DNA of 63,745 nt, counting the filler, from Craspedostauros australis (Eukaryota), in NCBI GenBank assembly GCA_030167865.1. It is 5 parts of 5 records of this genome, joined end to end, with 100 filler letters (N's around TTAATTAATTAA, not from the genome) between each part and the next. Parts side by side here need not be neighbours in the genome. Positions count along the whole stretch, not along the records: positions 16,776 to 28,786 come from JALAGF010004067.1; positions 28,887 to 48,007 come from JALAGF010004069.1; 3 more parts are not named here. One strand, written 5' to 3'. Every line of letters begins with the position of its first letter. Position 1 is the first letter of the stretch. This document shows positions 22,219 to 33,185 of the stretch, one piece after another. Both the position numbers and the translations under genes were made by a program. Below the pieces are notes generated by a model. It saw nothing but the letters and a program-made list of their open reading frames with translations, did not search any database and was not told the DNA's origin.

Positions 22219-25200
22219 ATGATAAACCGCTTCCTCGCAAGCGAAACTGACGATGTGCTGGACATCGTGCAGGGCTCAGAAAGGGAAGACGATGAAATCG
22301 ACCATTCAAGCTCGGGTGGCGGCAGCAGCACCGACAACAATAGCAAGAACACAAACGGCAGCGGCCGAGCTCGCAATGCACAGCAACAGGACATGTACTC
22401 ATCGAAGATCACAGGTGCTGAGACGAAACGGGTGTTTTGGTCTCGGGCGGCCTTCCTCTCCGTGCTCTGCGTGGCAGCGGGCGCCACAACTGCAGCCGTG
22501 TACATCCTATCCCACAACGACGAGCGCAAGAGCTTCGAAACCAGGGTACGTGCACATCATGAATGGTGACTGACCATTCCGGGACGCATCTTTGCCATGC
22601 GAAGAAACGCTGACTTTCAACCCTGCATATCATACGAATACATTTGTACGAGTGCTCACCTCCTTCTCTTCGTTCTTCCCTGCCCTACTATGCCATGCCC
22701 TACTCTGCCATGCTCTACTCTGCCATGCCCTACTCTGGCCTGCCCTCTTCTGCCCTGCCTGAATGGTCAACGAATCACCTATGAAACATCACATCATACT
22801 TTACGAACAGTTCGACGACTTTGCCCACCAGATCGTGGAGGTATCACAGATCAACGCACGTGATATCTTCGGAGTCTTCGAGAGCATGAGTCTGCAAGTC
22901 ACCACCTACACCGACGCCGCCAACCAAACATGGCCATTCGTCACCATCCCTGGCTTCGAGGCCCAAAGCCGGGACGTCATCGAGACGACCGGTGCAACCA
23001 GGATGGGCGTGGTCCCAATCGTGAAACACGCCGACAAAGAAGCCTACGAGAAGTACCAACTCGAACATCAACAGTGGATCCAAGACGACTTGGACTTTGC
23101 CGGGTCCAACGCCACCATCAACACAATCCCGAAGCTGTTTACGTTTGATGCCAACGGCACTCTCATCTTCCCGAACGATAGTGAGCTGTATGCGCCGGCT
23201 CTCGCGGTTGCGCCCATTGCCACGAGCGTCGGCCTGATCAACTTCGAGTCTTTCAGCTTGCCGTACTTCGCCAGAGTCTACGAGCAAATGGAGCGCACCG
23301 AGACAGCCGTGCTGTCCGAAGTCATCAACCTGGGGCGGGACGCAACCTACGAGTACAACTGGCCCCAGAGCTTCATGACTGCCCCCATCTTCGACAAGGC
23401 CATCGGTCCAGGTACCCCCAACAAGCACCATGAAATCGTCGGCATCGTGTCGGCGCAGGTCCCATGGCACTATTACTTCCTCAACCTCGTTCCGGAGGGT
23501 ATTGACGACATCTACTTGGTAATCCGCAACACGTGCGACCAATCGTTCACATTCCGCATCGAAGGCCCGGACGTGATCTACCTCGGGGTTGGCGAACTGC
23601 ACGAAACATTCTTGGATCACCTAGAAGTTTCGTCTGGATTCACATCCTTCACAAGCATTGATGCGTGCACGTACTCCTTCCATCTGTACCCCTCGCGCCA
23701 ATTTCGAAAGACGTACAAAACCTCCGGACCCATCATCAACGCCGCCGTCGTGTTCTGCATCTTCTTGCTCACGGCTGTGTTCTTCATCATCTACGATCAG
23801 CTCGTGGAAAGACGTCAGAGCAAGGTGCTGACCTCCGCCACGAAGTCGCATGCCATCGTCAGCTCCCTGTTCCCCGACAACGTCCGCGATCGCATCATGG
23901 ACAACAACGAGGCGGAGAAGGGCGAGGTCGAAAAGCCGGGCAAGCGTCTAGATGCATTCCGCATCGTCGGTGGTGGTCACGGCACGGGCCGCAAGTCACA
24001 GACCTACGGACCCGCTGGACAAGCGACCACAAAGCAGCATCTCGAACAAGCCAAGAGGTCCAGCCCTATCGCCGACTTCTTCCCCAGTGCCTCCGTGCTC
24101 TTCGCGGACATTGTGGGATTCACCGCATGGTCCAGCACGCGTGAACCAACCGAGGTGTTCATGCTGCTGGAGACCGTGTACAACGCCTTCGACCGCATCG
24201 CCGTGCGTCTGAAGGTCTTCAAGGTGGAGACCATCGGCGACTGCTACGTCGCCGCCTGCGGTCTTCCAGAGTCCCGCGACGACCACGCAGTCGTCATCTT
24301 CCGCTTCGCTCGCCAGTGCCTGACGAAGATGGGCGACCTCGTTCACAAGCTGGCCACCGTACTGGGCCCGGACACGGCCGACCTCTCCATGAGATTTGGC
24401 ATCCATTCGGGTCCTGTCACCGCCGGCGTCCTTCGTGGCGAGAAGTCCAGATTCCAGCTGTTCGGTGACACGGTCAACACGGCAGCGAGGATGGAGAGCA
24501 ACGGTGCACCGAACCGCGTCCATCTCTCCCAGGAGACGGCAAATGAGCTCTCTCGCCACGGCAAGCACCATTGGTACCGCCCTCGTGAGGACACCATCGT
24601 GGCAAAAGGCAAGGGCGAGCTCCAGACCTTCTGGGGTGTCCTGAAGGGCGAGGCGTCCACGGACTCCCCGTTGATGGCGCGAGGATCGGATTCAGTCTCC
24701 GAACTTCTGGAACCAGCCCCACTGAACCGAGCGGGCAAGAAGAAGCAAGACCTGGAGAACCACATCAAGTGGACGGTCAAGGCGATGGAGCAAGGCCTAA
24801 AGAAGGTGCTGGCGACAAGATCGACTGAGCAAAATCCGTCCTCCACCTCCTCGACTGTCTCGGCATCGTCAGAAGAGATGCAAGGATGGGAACAACAGCA
24901 CATGTTCGATGGACCGATCGCCCAAGAAGCCAAAGACATCATCAGCTTTCCAACCGAGCCACGCGTCTACCGCAGCGACCCGCGGTCCATGAAGCTCGAT
25001 TCGACAACACGAAGAGAGCTGGACAAGTTCGTCCGCACGATCGCCTGCATGTACCGCGACGTCGCGTACCATTCCTTCGCACATGCCAGCCACGTCGTGC
25101 AGTCAGTCCAGACGAAGTTTGCTCGCATGTCGGAACAACAACAGATGTCGTCTTGGGATTCGAAGTCCAGGCCACCGACGCCAACAAGGACGACCGCATC

Positions 25201-26041
25201 GGCTGGACTCACGTCGGACCCGCTGATCCAGTTCGCATGCCTCTTCGCTGCGTTGATCCACGACGTCGATCATCTGGGAGTGCCGAACGCCACACTCATC
25301 GAACAAAAGCACGTCATCGCCGCAACATACAACAACAAGAGCGTCGCGGAGCAAAATTCACTCGATGTTGCGTGGAACCTGCTCATGGAATCGACGTTCA
25401 CCAATCTCAGAGCCTGCATTTACGCATCACGCGGAGAGTTCTTCTACTTCCGCCAGATGGTGGTGAACGCCGTGCTGGCGACCGACATCATCGACAAGGA
25501 GTCCAACCAACGACGTATCAAACGATGGAACATCGCTTTCCAGGCACTTCCACCGACTCCGCCTCCGCAGCCACCATCGACGCCATCATCCACGTCCTCG
25601 GAATCATCGTTGCAACTGCAAGTGCCATTGGGAGGTGACATGTCTGCGACCGACCACAACAACTTGCGCACGACGGTTGCCATGGAGTACCTGGTTCAGA
25701 CGTGCGACGTCGTCCATACCATGCAGCATTGGCAGACGTACATCAAATGGAACGAACGGTTGTTCCAGGAATCCTACAAATCATACCAGGACGGCAACAC
25801 CACCGAGGATCCCTGCAGAGGGTGGTTCCAGGGGGAGATGAAGTTCTTCGACAACTTCGTCATCCCGCTGGCGGAACGGCTGAGGGATAGCTGCATGCTC
25901 GGAGCATCGTCATCGGATGAATACTTGCACTACGCTTTGGCCAATCGCAAGGAATGGGAGCTGCGCGGGCGGGAGGTGTTGCAGGGGTACCTCATGATGT
26001 ACATCGCTGCAAGATCCGATGGGGGGCCTGCTGAGTACTAG
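22219..26041 (+). CDS. Membrane receptor-type guanylate/adenylate cyclase - class I phosphodiesterase fusion (GC/PDE); intron 22546-22810
   Basis: TM1 (AAFLSVLCVAAGATTAAVYIL), extracellular CHASE-like region, TM2 (AVVFCIFLLTAVFFIIY). Cyclase LFADIVGFT, KVETIGDCY, GDTVNTAARMES. PDE YHSFAHASHV, IHDVDH, ATDI, CDVVHTMQHW. GT-AG intron joins FETR to FDDF in frame. Confidence 0.93.
22681..22760. repeat. Degenerate ~15-bp tandem repeat (TGCCATGCCCTACTC-like) in GC/PDE intron
   Basis: About 5 imperfect copies visible. Confidence 0.8.
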
Positions 26042-26356
26042 CTGCACCATCCCAGAATGGTACTGGGTCGTTACACAAGGGTGCATACCCGGACGTGCAC
26101 AGCTTCGGCACACTACATGCATGACAGCGGTGGAATCATTCATAAAATAATAATATCGTTTTCTCTAGTTCGTCGTTGTACATTGACAGAATTGACACGT
26201 AGAGGCTCATTGCATACAGGTGTCGCTCCTACTCTGTCCGTTGTCGTCGCTCTTCCTCTCTGTTGAAAGGTGAATGTCGATAGAAGTCGCGACGTCGCCA
26301 ACCAAAATGAAAGTGTGGTCTTGTGGGAAGCTTCATTGGCGCTGATCGAATTGTCC

Positions 26357-26361
26357 AAAAA
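26357..26361 (-). terminator. RNA polymerase III T-tract terminator of tRNA-Asp
   Basis: TTTTT on the minus strand 1 nt after the discriminator base. Confidence 0.8.
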
Positions 26362-26362
26362 G

Positions 26363-26434
26363 CTCCGACACGGGGAATCGAACCCCGGTCTCCCGCGTGA
26401 CAGGCGGGGATACTAGCCACTATACTATGTCGGA
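26363..26434 (-). tRNA. tRNA-Asp(GUC)
   Basis: TCCGACA acceptor stem pairs with TGTCGGA+G; D arm TAGTATAGTGGCTAGTA; anticodon loop CTGTCAC; T loop GGTTCGATTCC. 72 nt. Confidence 0.97.
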
Positions 26435-26841
26435 AACAAGGTGTTGCAGCCTTTGCTGTTAACGACGCTAGAGGACTGTCAATTTAACTACCTATTTTCC
26501 AATAGTTCACGCGTAACGTTTGATGATTTTATTGAATCTATCTCGGTATTAGTATTGGTATTGAGGTATAATACACTCATGGCTTTGCGTCCCATACCTT
26601 GCACATGATCTTTCGTAGTTGCCTTTTGATCCTGGATGCCGTTGACGTCGTCTTCTGATCTATCACACCACAAACTCTGATGTGAGGCGACCTGTTGCCT
26701 TCACTTTGGTGCGCCTCCTGTGCAAGCACAACTGCCACTCTCCCTTCTCTGCTCACCCAATGCACGTATAAGAGTTCTCTCATCATGTATTCCGCTTCAC
26801 CCCACGAACAGAACAGATGCCATGTCAATCGCAGGTCAACA

Positions 26842-28786
26842 AGTGGAACAGACGAAAGAGGCAAAGCGCATCCAGCTGTTCACAACGTGTACTTCTGCTC
26901 TACTCTCCATCACCTGCTCACTTCTTCAGCTCCCCCAACGCCTGCTTCACATCTTCCAACGTCACCACCAACCCATCCACTCCATTGCCATCTTCTCTCG
27001 ATCTCGCCAATGCGATGGATCCAGCGCAACGCACAAGACCTGCGATATCGGCACCCGAAAAACCTCCTGTGGCATAGCTGGCGGCCAGGTCATAGGTTGG
27101 ACGCACCGCCGAAGATGCACCCGTCAGTACCCGCCCCACAAAATGACGCACTGCTGCTCTTTTGCGACCCGGAGACACCGAAGGCGATGGTGCTGGCGGC
27201 GATACTGATTGAGTCTGGCTGTTGCTGCCATCTCCAGCTGTACCTACATCTCCACTTGCACCTACACCTACACCTACACTTCCACTACCCCAGAAACCAT
27301 CCATGGACATGCCATCGCTGGGCATACCATCGATTGCAGAGCAAAGAGGCTTGCTCAAACGACCGCGCTTCCGCAACGCATCAAAGTGGATCTTCAGGAT
27401 CTCACGACGGCCTTCCCGGTCAGGAAGCGGGATCTCGATCTGGACCTCCAGCCGTCCCGGACGCAGCAACGCCTCATCCAGAAGCTCACGACGATTGGTC
27501 ATGCCGATCAGCAGCACGTTGTCAATCGAGTTGACACCATCCATCTTCGCCAGGATCTGATTGACGACGCTGGCACGTGTGGCCTCACCGGAGTCTTCTC
27601 CAGCACTGCGACGCCGGAACACGGCATCGACCTCATCGATCACGATCACATGCAAAGCACTCTTCGTGACATCGCCGTTGCATGCAGCCAGCTCTGCCTC
27701 AGCATCAGCAAACAGAGATCGCACCAGCTTCTCCGATCCACCGACCCATCGATCCAGCAGCTCTGGTGCTGATGCGATCTTGGGCTTGCGAGCACGCAGA
27801 GCACGCGCGATCTCTCTTGCGAGTGCTGTCTTGCCACATCCAGGAGGTCCATACAGCAACAGCCCGCGGACGGGTGTCAAGCCCAACGCCAACAGCTCTT
27901 CGGCTTCCATGGCAGTCCGGCTGAGCTGCGTCGTGACCTCGTCCTTGGCCCCATCCTTGATCTTGTCCTTCATGCTGTCCTTGTCCGTGATGGCAGTGTT
28001 GTCATCCTCATCGGCTGGACGGATGACACGACCATCGAGCACACGTCGGACGATCGAGCTGATCTCTTTCTGCAGACCGCCGACGGAGGATTCGAAGTCG
28101 GATTGGAATGCGTCATTGCGTTCACTGCCAGATAGCGAGATGGGGATTGCCAGCTGATCGTTGATCGAGCTCCCTCCATCCCCGTTGCTACCACCATCAC
28201 CATTCTCACTCATGTACTGACCAAACATCCGTTCTGGTCTCCATGCCAAGTTCTCAATCATCATTTCCTGCATCTGTGGACTCTTTTCAGGAACGATTCC
28301 TTGTCCAGGTGCCATCAGCAGGACCTCCAATGCGGCGCATGGTCCCATGTCGACCGCCTCGTACATCCTTTCAGGACCGCCGTACTGGATCCATGTTGGC
28401 AGGTTGTCCTTGGATGACACCATGATATCTGTGCGTTCACCAGCCTTGCGAGGTGAACGGTTGGAATTGTGAGATCCGATGAGACGGTACCGCGTGATGC
28501 CACCATACAGCAGCTTGCCGCAGATCAACGACGATGATGGTTCCAGCAGCGGTCCCTTCAGCGATGCACCCGATGGCAACAGCACCAACCGACATCGCAA
28601 TCGTGCCAGGAACTGCTCTCGTGTTTGATCGATGCGTTCCATGGACTGATCGGTGATGACGGTGGCGTTGATGATGGACTGGAAGGTCTTCGACACGTCC
28701 ACGATCATGGGTGTGGGTGATGACTTCATCCATCGGATCCACGAGAATGCGTCATCACGATCCATGGGTGTCTTCTGTTCATCTGG
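26842..28786 (-). repeat. Right arm of ~1.95-kb inverted repeat
   Basis: Reverse complement of 16776-18720; 27012-28786 matches 1-1775 in direct orientation. Confidence 0.95.
26918..28786 (-). CDS. NSF-D1-like AAA+ ATPase (copy 3; 5'-truncated by gap)
   Basis: 615-aa ORF with the same translation as copy 2. Confidence 0.85.
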   Translation of the reverse strand, partial: PDEQKTPMDRDDAFSWIRWMKSSPTPMIVDVSKTFQSIINATVITDQSMERIDQTREQFLARLRCRLVLLPSGASLKGPLLEPSSSLICGKLLYGGITRYRLIGSHNSNRSPRKAGERTDIMVSSKDNLPTWIQYGGPERMYEAVDMGPCAALEVLLMAPGQGIVPEKSPQMQEMMIENLAWRPERMFGQYMSENGDGGSNGDGGSSINDQLAIPISLSGSERNDAFQSDFESSVGGLQKEISSIVRRVLDGRVIRPADEDDNTAITDKDSMKDKIKDGAKDEVTTQLSRTAMEAEELLALGLTPVRGLLLYGPPGCGKTALAREIARALRARKPKIASAPELLDRWVGGSEKLVRSLFADAEAELAACNGDVTKSALHVIVIDEVDAVFRRRSAGEDSGEATRASVVNQILAKMDGVNSIDNVLLIGMTNRRELLDEALLRPGRLEVQIEIPLPDREGRREILKIHFDALRKRGRLSKPLCSAIDGMPSDGMSMDGFWGSGSVGVGVGASGDVGTAGDGSNSQTQSVSPPAPSPSVSPGRKRAAVRHFVGRVLTGASSAVRPTYDLAASYATGGFSGADIAGLVRCAGSIALARSREDGNGVDGLVVTLEDVKQALGELKK

Positions 28787-28886
28787 NNNNNNNNNNNNNN
28801 NNNNNNNNNNNNNNNNNNNNNNNNNNNNNNTTAATTAATTAANNNNNNNNNNNNNNNNNNNNNNNNNNNNNNNNNNNNNNNNNNNN
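28787..28886. other. Artificial contig spacer
   Basis: N44-TTAATTAATTAA-N44. Confidence 0.95.
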
Positions 28887-31800
28887 TACACATCTGGAAG
28901 CACGGGAAACCCGAAGGGTGTGATGGTCACCCACGATGCATTGAGAGCAAACGCTGAACTGTTGCACAGTGGCTGGCTGGAGTGCCTTGAACATGATTTG
29001 GGTGACATGAGTAAGTTGCCCGAGCGCATCACCACATTTTCATGGTTGCCGCAGTACCACGACCTGGGCCTGATCCAGCTGACCATCGTCCCATTGGCGG
29101 GCGCTTTCCGTACGCACATGATGTCACCGGTCTCTTTCATCCGCAATCCATTGCTTTGGATGGATCTCATCTCCAAGCACAAGTGCCATTTCACGGTCGC
29201 TCCCGACTTTGGCTACAGACTGGTTACTCGTAAGTTCAATGAGGCCAAGGCACGAGGAGGTGATCGCTCGGATCCTATCCCCAACCTCGATCTATCCAGC
29301 ATGTGCTATTTCCAAAACGCTGCGGAACCCATCCGCTTGGATACGACTGAACTGTTCTCCGCAGCATTCAGCCCACACGGCTTGCGCAAGAAGTGGTTCA
29401 TGACCGGATACGGTCTGGCGGAGAACGTGGTTGGCGTGAGCTATCAGCAGGGATTCCAGGTATCATCCATCCGTGAACGCGAAGATCTCCATCCATTCGT
29501 GGCCATCGCCCATCGTGACACTCTGCACCACTCCATTGATATCATCATCGTGCACCCAGAGACACGTGAGCTCGTGCCAGACAATTCAACGGGAGAGATG
29601 TGGATCGCAGGGCCGTCGGTGGCAGCTGGTTACTACAATCAGCCTGGCCTAACTTCGGAAACATTCCAAGCAGTGTTGTTGCAGAGCGACACAGCTGATG
29701 ACACCGCAACGTCGAGCGGCAGCACAGACGGAAACACGAGCAGCAGTAACGGCAGCGACAACAGCAGCGCTCCAGCCAAAACATACCTCCGTACCGGTGA
29801 CTACGGTTTCTACCAAGATGACTATCTCTACATCTGTGGACGAAAGAAGGACATCATCATCGTCAACGGCGTCAACTACTACCCACAGGACATTGAACAT
29901 GCTGTCGAAGAGGCATCGCCCGCTGTCCGTCCTGGCTGCGTCGCGGCATTCTCATCAGACGAATCAGGCAACGATGGGCGGTTGGAAATCGTGTTCGAGA
30001 TTCGATCGTCTCATGCCGAGGAAGCAGAATCGGTCTGCAACGACATCAAGCGTGCTGTGATGGAAGGGATTGGGTTGACACCGGCAACCGTAACGGCTGT
30101 GAAAGAGCGCACCATCTCCAAGACGACTAGCGGGAAGATTCAGCGAAGACGCAACCGCGAGCGTCTTCATGATGGAACGCAGAAGATGGTGCTGGACGTG
30201 ATCGGAACGTCTAATTTCTTCAGCGTACACGATGGCGACCTGGCATCTCAATCGAAGCGTCTTTCGTCGCGGAAGTCCTGTATCCAAGACCTCAATATCA
30301 AAGATATGGACTTCAACGAGATTGTGAAGGATGTCACGGGGTCACAAGTCAAGACCGAAGACAAATGGGAAGATGTCGGGCTCTCCTCCATGGTGGAAAT
30401 GGAACTTCGGCAGTCACTCGCACGGCGATACAGCACCGTTATTCCTCCCAACTGCTTCGAGACGTTTCCGTCGGTTCTCGATCTCAAGACCTACCTCGAA
30501 GCATCCATCGGGCAGCCACTTCCAACCAACCTCCCGACGCTCAAAAGGATCCAGACAGTGCGAAACGAGAAGCCTCTGTCGCAACCGACCATCGCTTTCA
30601 TTCAGGCCATCGGCGCGCTCGCCGTCCTATTCATCTTCGCGTTGCCCATCATTCCTGCATTTGAGATCGGCAGGGTGCTGGTCAACAACAACCGCACCCA
30701 TGTGCTCTTCTTCATCGATTTCTCCCCGTACATTTGGGTGTGGTACCCACTCGTCATCCCATTCTGGTCCCTCACACTCACCATCGAGATCATTCTCGCA
30801 AAATGGATTGTCATCGGAAGATATCGAGAGGGGCGCATCCACGAAACAAGCATCTATTTCCTTCGTTGGTGGTTTGTAGATCGGCTGATGCATATATGGG
30901 AACTTTTCGTTGGCCGCTTCATTGTGGGAACGCCGCTGATGACAGTATTTTACTATCTCATGGGCGCAAACGTTCATCGATCGTCGTGTATCGACTCATG
31001 CATCCGAGAGTGTGATCTCGTGACGATGGGTGCCCATTCCAAACTGACCGAAACCGTCCGGTGTCGCATGTTCGGTGCTTGGGAAGACGACGTGCTAGGC
31101 CCAAGCATGAGGTTCCGCAAGATCCAAATCGGAGCCAATGCGACGGTCAACGGCACTCTGTGCCCCGGCGCGAAGGTTGGATCCTCCTGCCATGTGCACA
31201 ACCTCGCAGTGCTGCTCGAGGGTGCCCAAGCACCTCCCAACACTATGATCAGAGGGAATCCTGGATTTGTCTATGTCAACGTTCCCGTGACGGACCCACG
31301 GAACAGTGACGACAATCCACAGCGTGAGAACGGCGGGATCAGGGATGCCGCAGGACCGACCAACGACTCCCAATGGATCGCACTGGGCGCCATGAAGATC
31401 GCCTGGCTGCTCATCGAGCTGTACTTTGCATTCACTTGCTTTCTGACCATTGACATTCTCATCCGCGATGAGCTCCCAATCTGGCGATACTCCAAGTTGC
31501 AATACTGGATTGTGCTATTTGGGCTCACATCTTCGTTCCTCATCGTGACAAGCATCCCTCTCAAATGGGTGCTCATCGGGAAGAAGCGACCCGGGAAGGC
31601 AAGCACGAGGGTCATTTCGCATTTTGCGGACTGGGCATGCGACTTTCATTTCACGCTTGCGTGCTTCATTCTCTACGGACTGACATACAACTCCATCATC
31701 TGGAACCTCGTTCTCATGGCTCATGGCATGGACATTGACTTGACGTCCAAGGTATTCGCAGAGGAATTCTCCCCGTCCAAGGTCGACCTCGTATCTGTCA

Positions 31801-32693
31801 AACGGTCCTTCATCTCCGTCTTCAACCCGTGCGTGAAGGATGGCAACGAGTATGCCAAGATCACCGTCGAAGACAGCAGCATTGGCATCATGACCGCCGC
31901 CGAACCAGGTGTGGAGATTCGAAAGTCGGTGGCGCCACCGCATACGCACATCATGGAGAATCTAGTGCGGTCGGAGCACCATCCGCGCAACGTGCCCTTG
32001 TCACTTTGCGAGCATGCAAAGCTCATGGCGACGAGTACGCTGCTGTACGGCATCATGCTCGTGGTGGTGGCAGGCAGCTTCATCCCAGCCTACGAACTCT
32101 GGATGAGACTGATCAAGCCGCAGACGCCATCCGATGCAGTTCCAGCCGTCGCGGCATGCATCATCGTCCAGTCCACGGTGTGGACCGTGCTGCTGCGCAT
32201 CCTGGAATGCATCACGTTCCTGGGAACCGACAAGCGGACGACGCCGTGGTGCCTCGCTCTGTACATGGTGTACCAGTCGTTCTGCTGGTCAGTTTCCGTC
32301 TGGTCGTTCACCTGGGTGCTCTCCGGGACGTCCATGATGAACGGCGTCCTGCGCTTTCAGGGTGTCAAGGTGAAGGGACGTCTGCTCTACTTCGCCTGTC
32401 GTGTCTACGAGTCGACGCATATCACCATCGCGGATGGATGCGTCATCGACGAGTCCGTCGTCTCTGGTCATCACGACACGTTTGCGCGCTTAACCTTGGT
32501 GCGCTCGTATGTGAGCGGCGTGCTGCATCAGAAATGCGGCGTGATGGGAGCGGTGAGGCAGCCCGTCCTGGATGATGATGCGCGGCTTATAGAGCACGGA
32601 CCCCAGCATCTGTTGATGGGCGTTGGGGATGGCATCACGGATGTTGCACCAACGGCTCAGTCGGACGGAGTGCTGCCTTCGCATCTGGCCTGA
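28887..32693 (+). CDS. FAAL-type adenylation domain + carrier protein (ACP/PCP) + multi-TM Pls-like 'NRPS terminal domain'; 5'-truncated by gap
   Basis: YTSGSTGNPKG from 28887; FAAL signatures SWLPQYHDLGLI, SPVSFIRNPLLW, APDFGY, NAAEPI, GYGLAE, LRTGD, GRKKDIIIVNGVNYYPQDIE, KTTSGKIQR. Carrier motif WEDVGLSSM (~30366-30392). Three TM-pair/soluble repeats with KWIVIGRYREG, YFLRWWFVDRL, GTPLMTVFYYLMGANV, KWVLIGKKRPG, SGTSMMNGVLRFQGVKV and hexapeptide-like IQIGANATV. Confidence 0.88.
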   Translation, partial: YTSGSTGNPKGVMVTHDALRANAELLHSGWLECLEHDLGDMSKLPERITTFSWLPQYHDLGLIQLTIVPLAGAFRTHMMSPVSFIRNPLLWMDLISKHKCHFTVAPDFGYRLVTRKFNEAKARGGDRSDPIPNLDLSSMCYFQNAAEPIRLDTTELFSAAFSPHGLRKKWFMTGYGLAENVVGVSYQQGFQVSSIREREDLHPFVAIAHRDTLHHSIDIIIVHPETRELVPDNSTGEMWIAGPSVAAGYYNQPGLTSETFQAVLLQSDTADDTATSSGSTDGNTSSSNGSDNSSAPAKTYLRTGDYGFYQDDYLYICGRKKDIIIVNGVNYYPQDIEHAVEEASPAVRPGCVAAFSSDESGNDGRLEIVFEIRSSHAEEAESVCNDIKRAVMEGIGLTPATVTAVKERTISKTTSGKIQRRRNRERLHDGTQKMVLDVIGTSNFFSVHDGDLASQSKRLSSRKSCIQDLNIKDMDFNEIVKDVTGSQVKTEDKWEDVGLSSMVEMELRQSLARRYSTVIPPNCFETFPSVLDLKTYLEASIGQPLPTNLPTLKRIQTVRNEKPLSQPTIAFIQAIGALAVLFIFALPIIPAFEIGRVLVNNNRTHVLFFIDFSPYIWVWYPLVIPFWSLTLTIEIILAKWIVIGRYREGRIHETSIYFLRWWFVDRLMHIWELFVGRFIVGTPLMTVFYYLMGANVHRSSCIDSCIRECDLVTMGAHSKLTETVRCRMFGAWEDDVLGPSMRFRKIQIGANATVNGTLCPGAKVGSSCHVHNLAVLLEGAQAPPNTMIRGNPGFVYVNVPVTDPRNSDDNPQRENGGIRDAAGPTNDSQWIALGAMKIAWLLIELYFAFTCFLTIDILIRDELPIWRYSKLQYWIVLFGLTSSFLIVTSIPLKWVLIGKKRPGKASTRVISHFADWACDFHFTLACFILYGLTYNSIIWNLVLMAHGMDIDLTSKVFAEEFSPSKVDLVSVKRSFISVFNPCVKDGNEYAKITVEDSSIGIMTAAEPGVEIRKSVAPPHTHIMENLVRSEHHPRNVPLSLCEHAKLMATSTLLYGIMLVVVAGSFIPAYELWMRLIKPQTPSDAVPAVAACIIVQSTVWTVLLRILECITFLGTDKRTTPWCLALYMVYQSFCWSVSVWSFTWVLSGTSMMNGVLRFQGVKVKGRLLYFACRVYESTHITIADGCVIDESVVSGHHDTFARLTLVRSYVSGVLHQKCGVMGAVRQPVLDDDARLIEHGPQHLLMGVGDGITDVAPTAQSDGVLPSHLA

Positions 32694-33185
32694 AACAAGC
32701 GATCGAGCATGTCGTCAGTGTCCGGAGAGTATTCGTCGAGCAAGCATCTTCATAGTCGAGGTAACATATTGTCATGTAGAGTATACATCATATTCTATTC
32801 TATTATATAATTTTATAATGGTTGATTCGTCAGGCACCTCTTGCATTCATGTAATAGTAGCCGCCTCCTCTGGCCATCCATGACAGTTCTACCAAACTCT
32901 ACTTGCAAGGAAAGGCATGTCTGCACCATCACAAATGGGTAGTGACATCGTGCCAAAATCCAACCCAAGTTCTCTTTGTTGTTCTCAAGATCACTCGTGA
33001 CTCGATGGTTCACGTTCGACAATGACGCAAAACAACCAAACGAAAATCTTCGCACAAGTGCAGAGCAACCGACCACGATGATGGTCACCGCACAATCACA
33101 ATCAGACCACTCGCAGTGTCGAATTCGGCGTTAGTACATTCAAGGAGTGGCACCACACGATCCCGCGCTTTCGTCAGCAGCAACG

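Noticed and set aside
22681..22760. Short repeat arrays as CRISPR-like structures (also 35273-35340)
   Set aside because: Head-to-tail micro/minisatellites without unique spacers; eukaryotic context, no cas genes.
26363..26842. tRNA-Asp as an integration site for the duplicated arm
   Set aside because: About 400 bp from the arm boundary and no duplicated tRNA 3' fragment was seen at the other arm.
16776..28786. Reading the inverted arms as transposon or viral terminal inverted repeats
   Set aside because: Arms consist of a host-type ATPase gene; no transposase, integrase or capsid inside, and the outer ends are assembly breaks.
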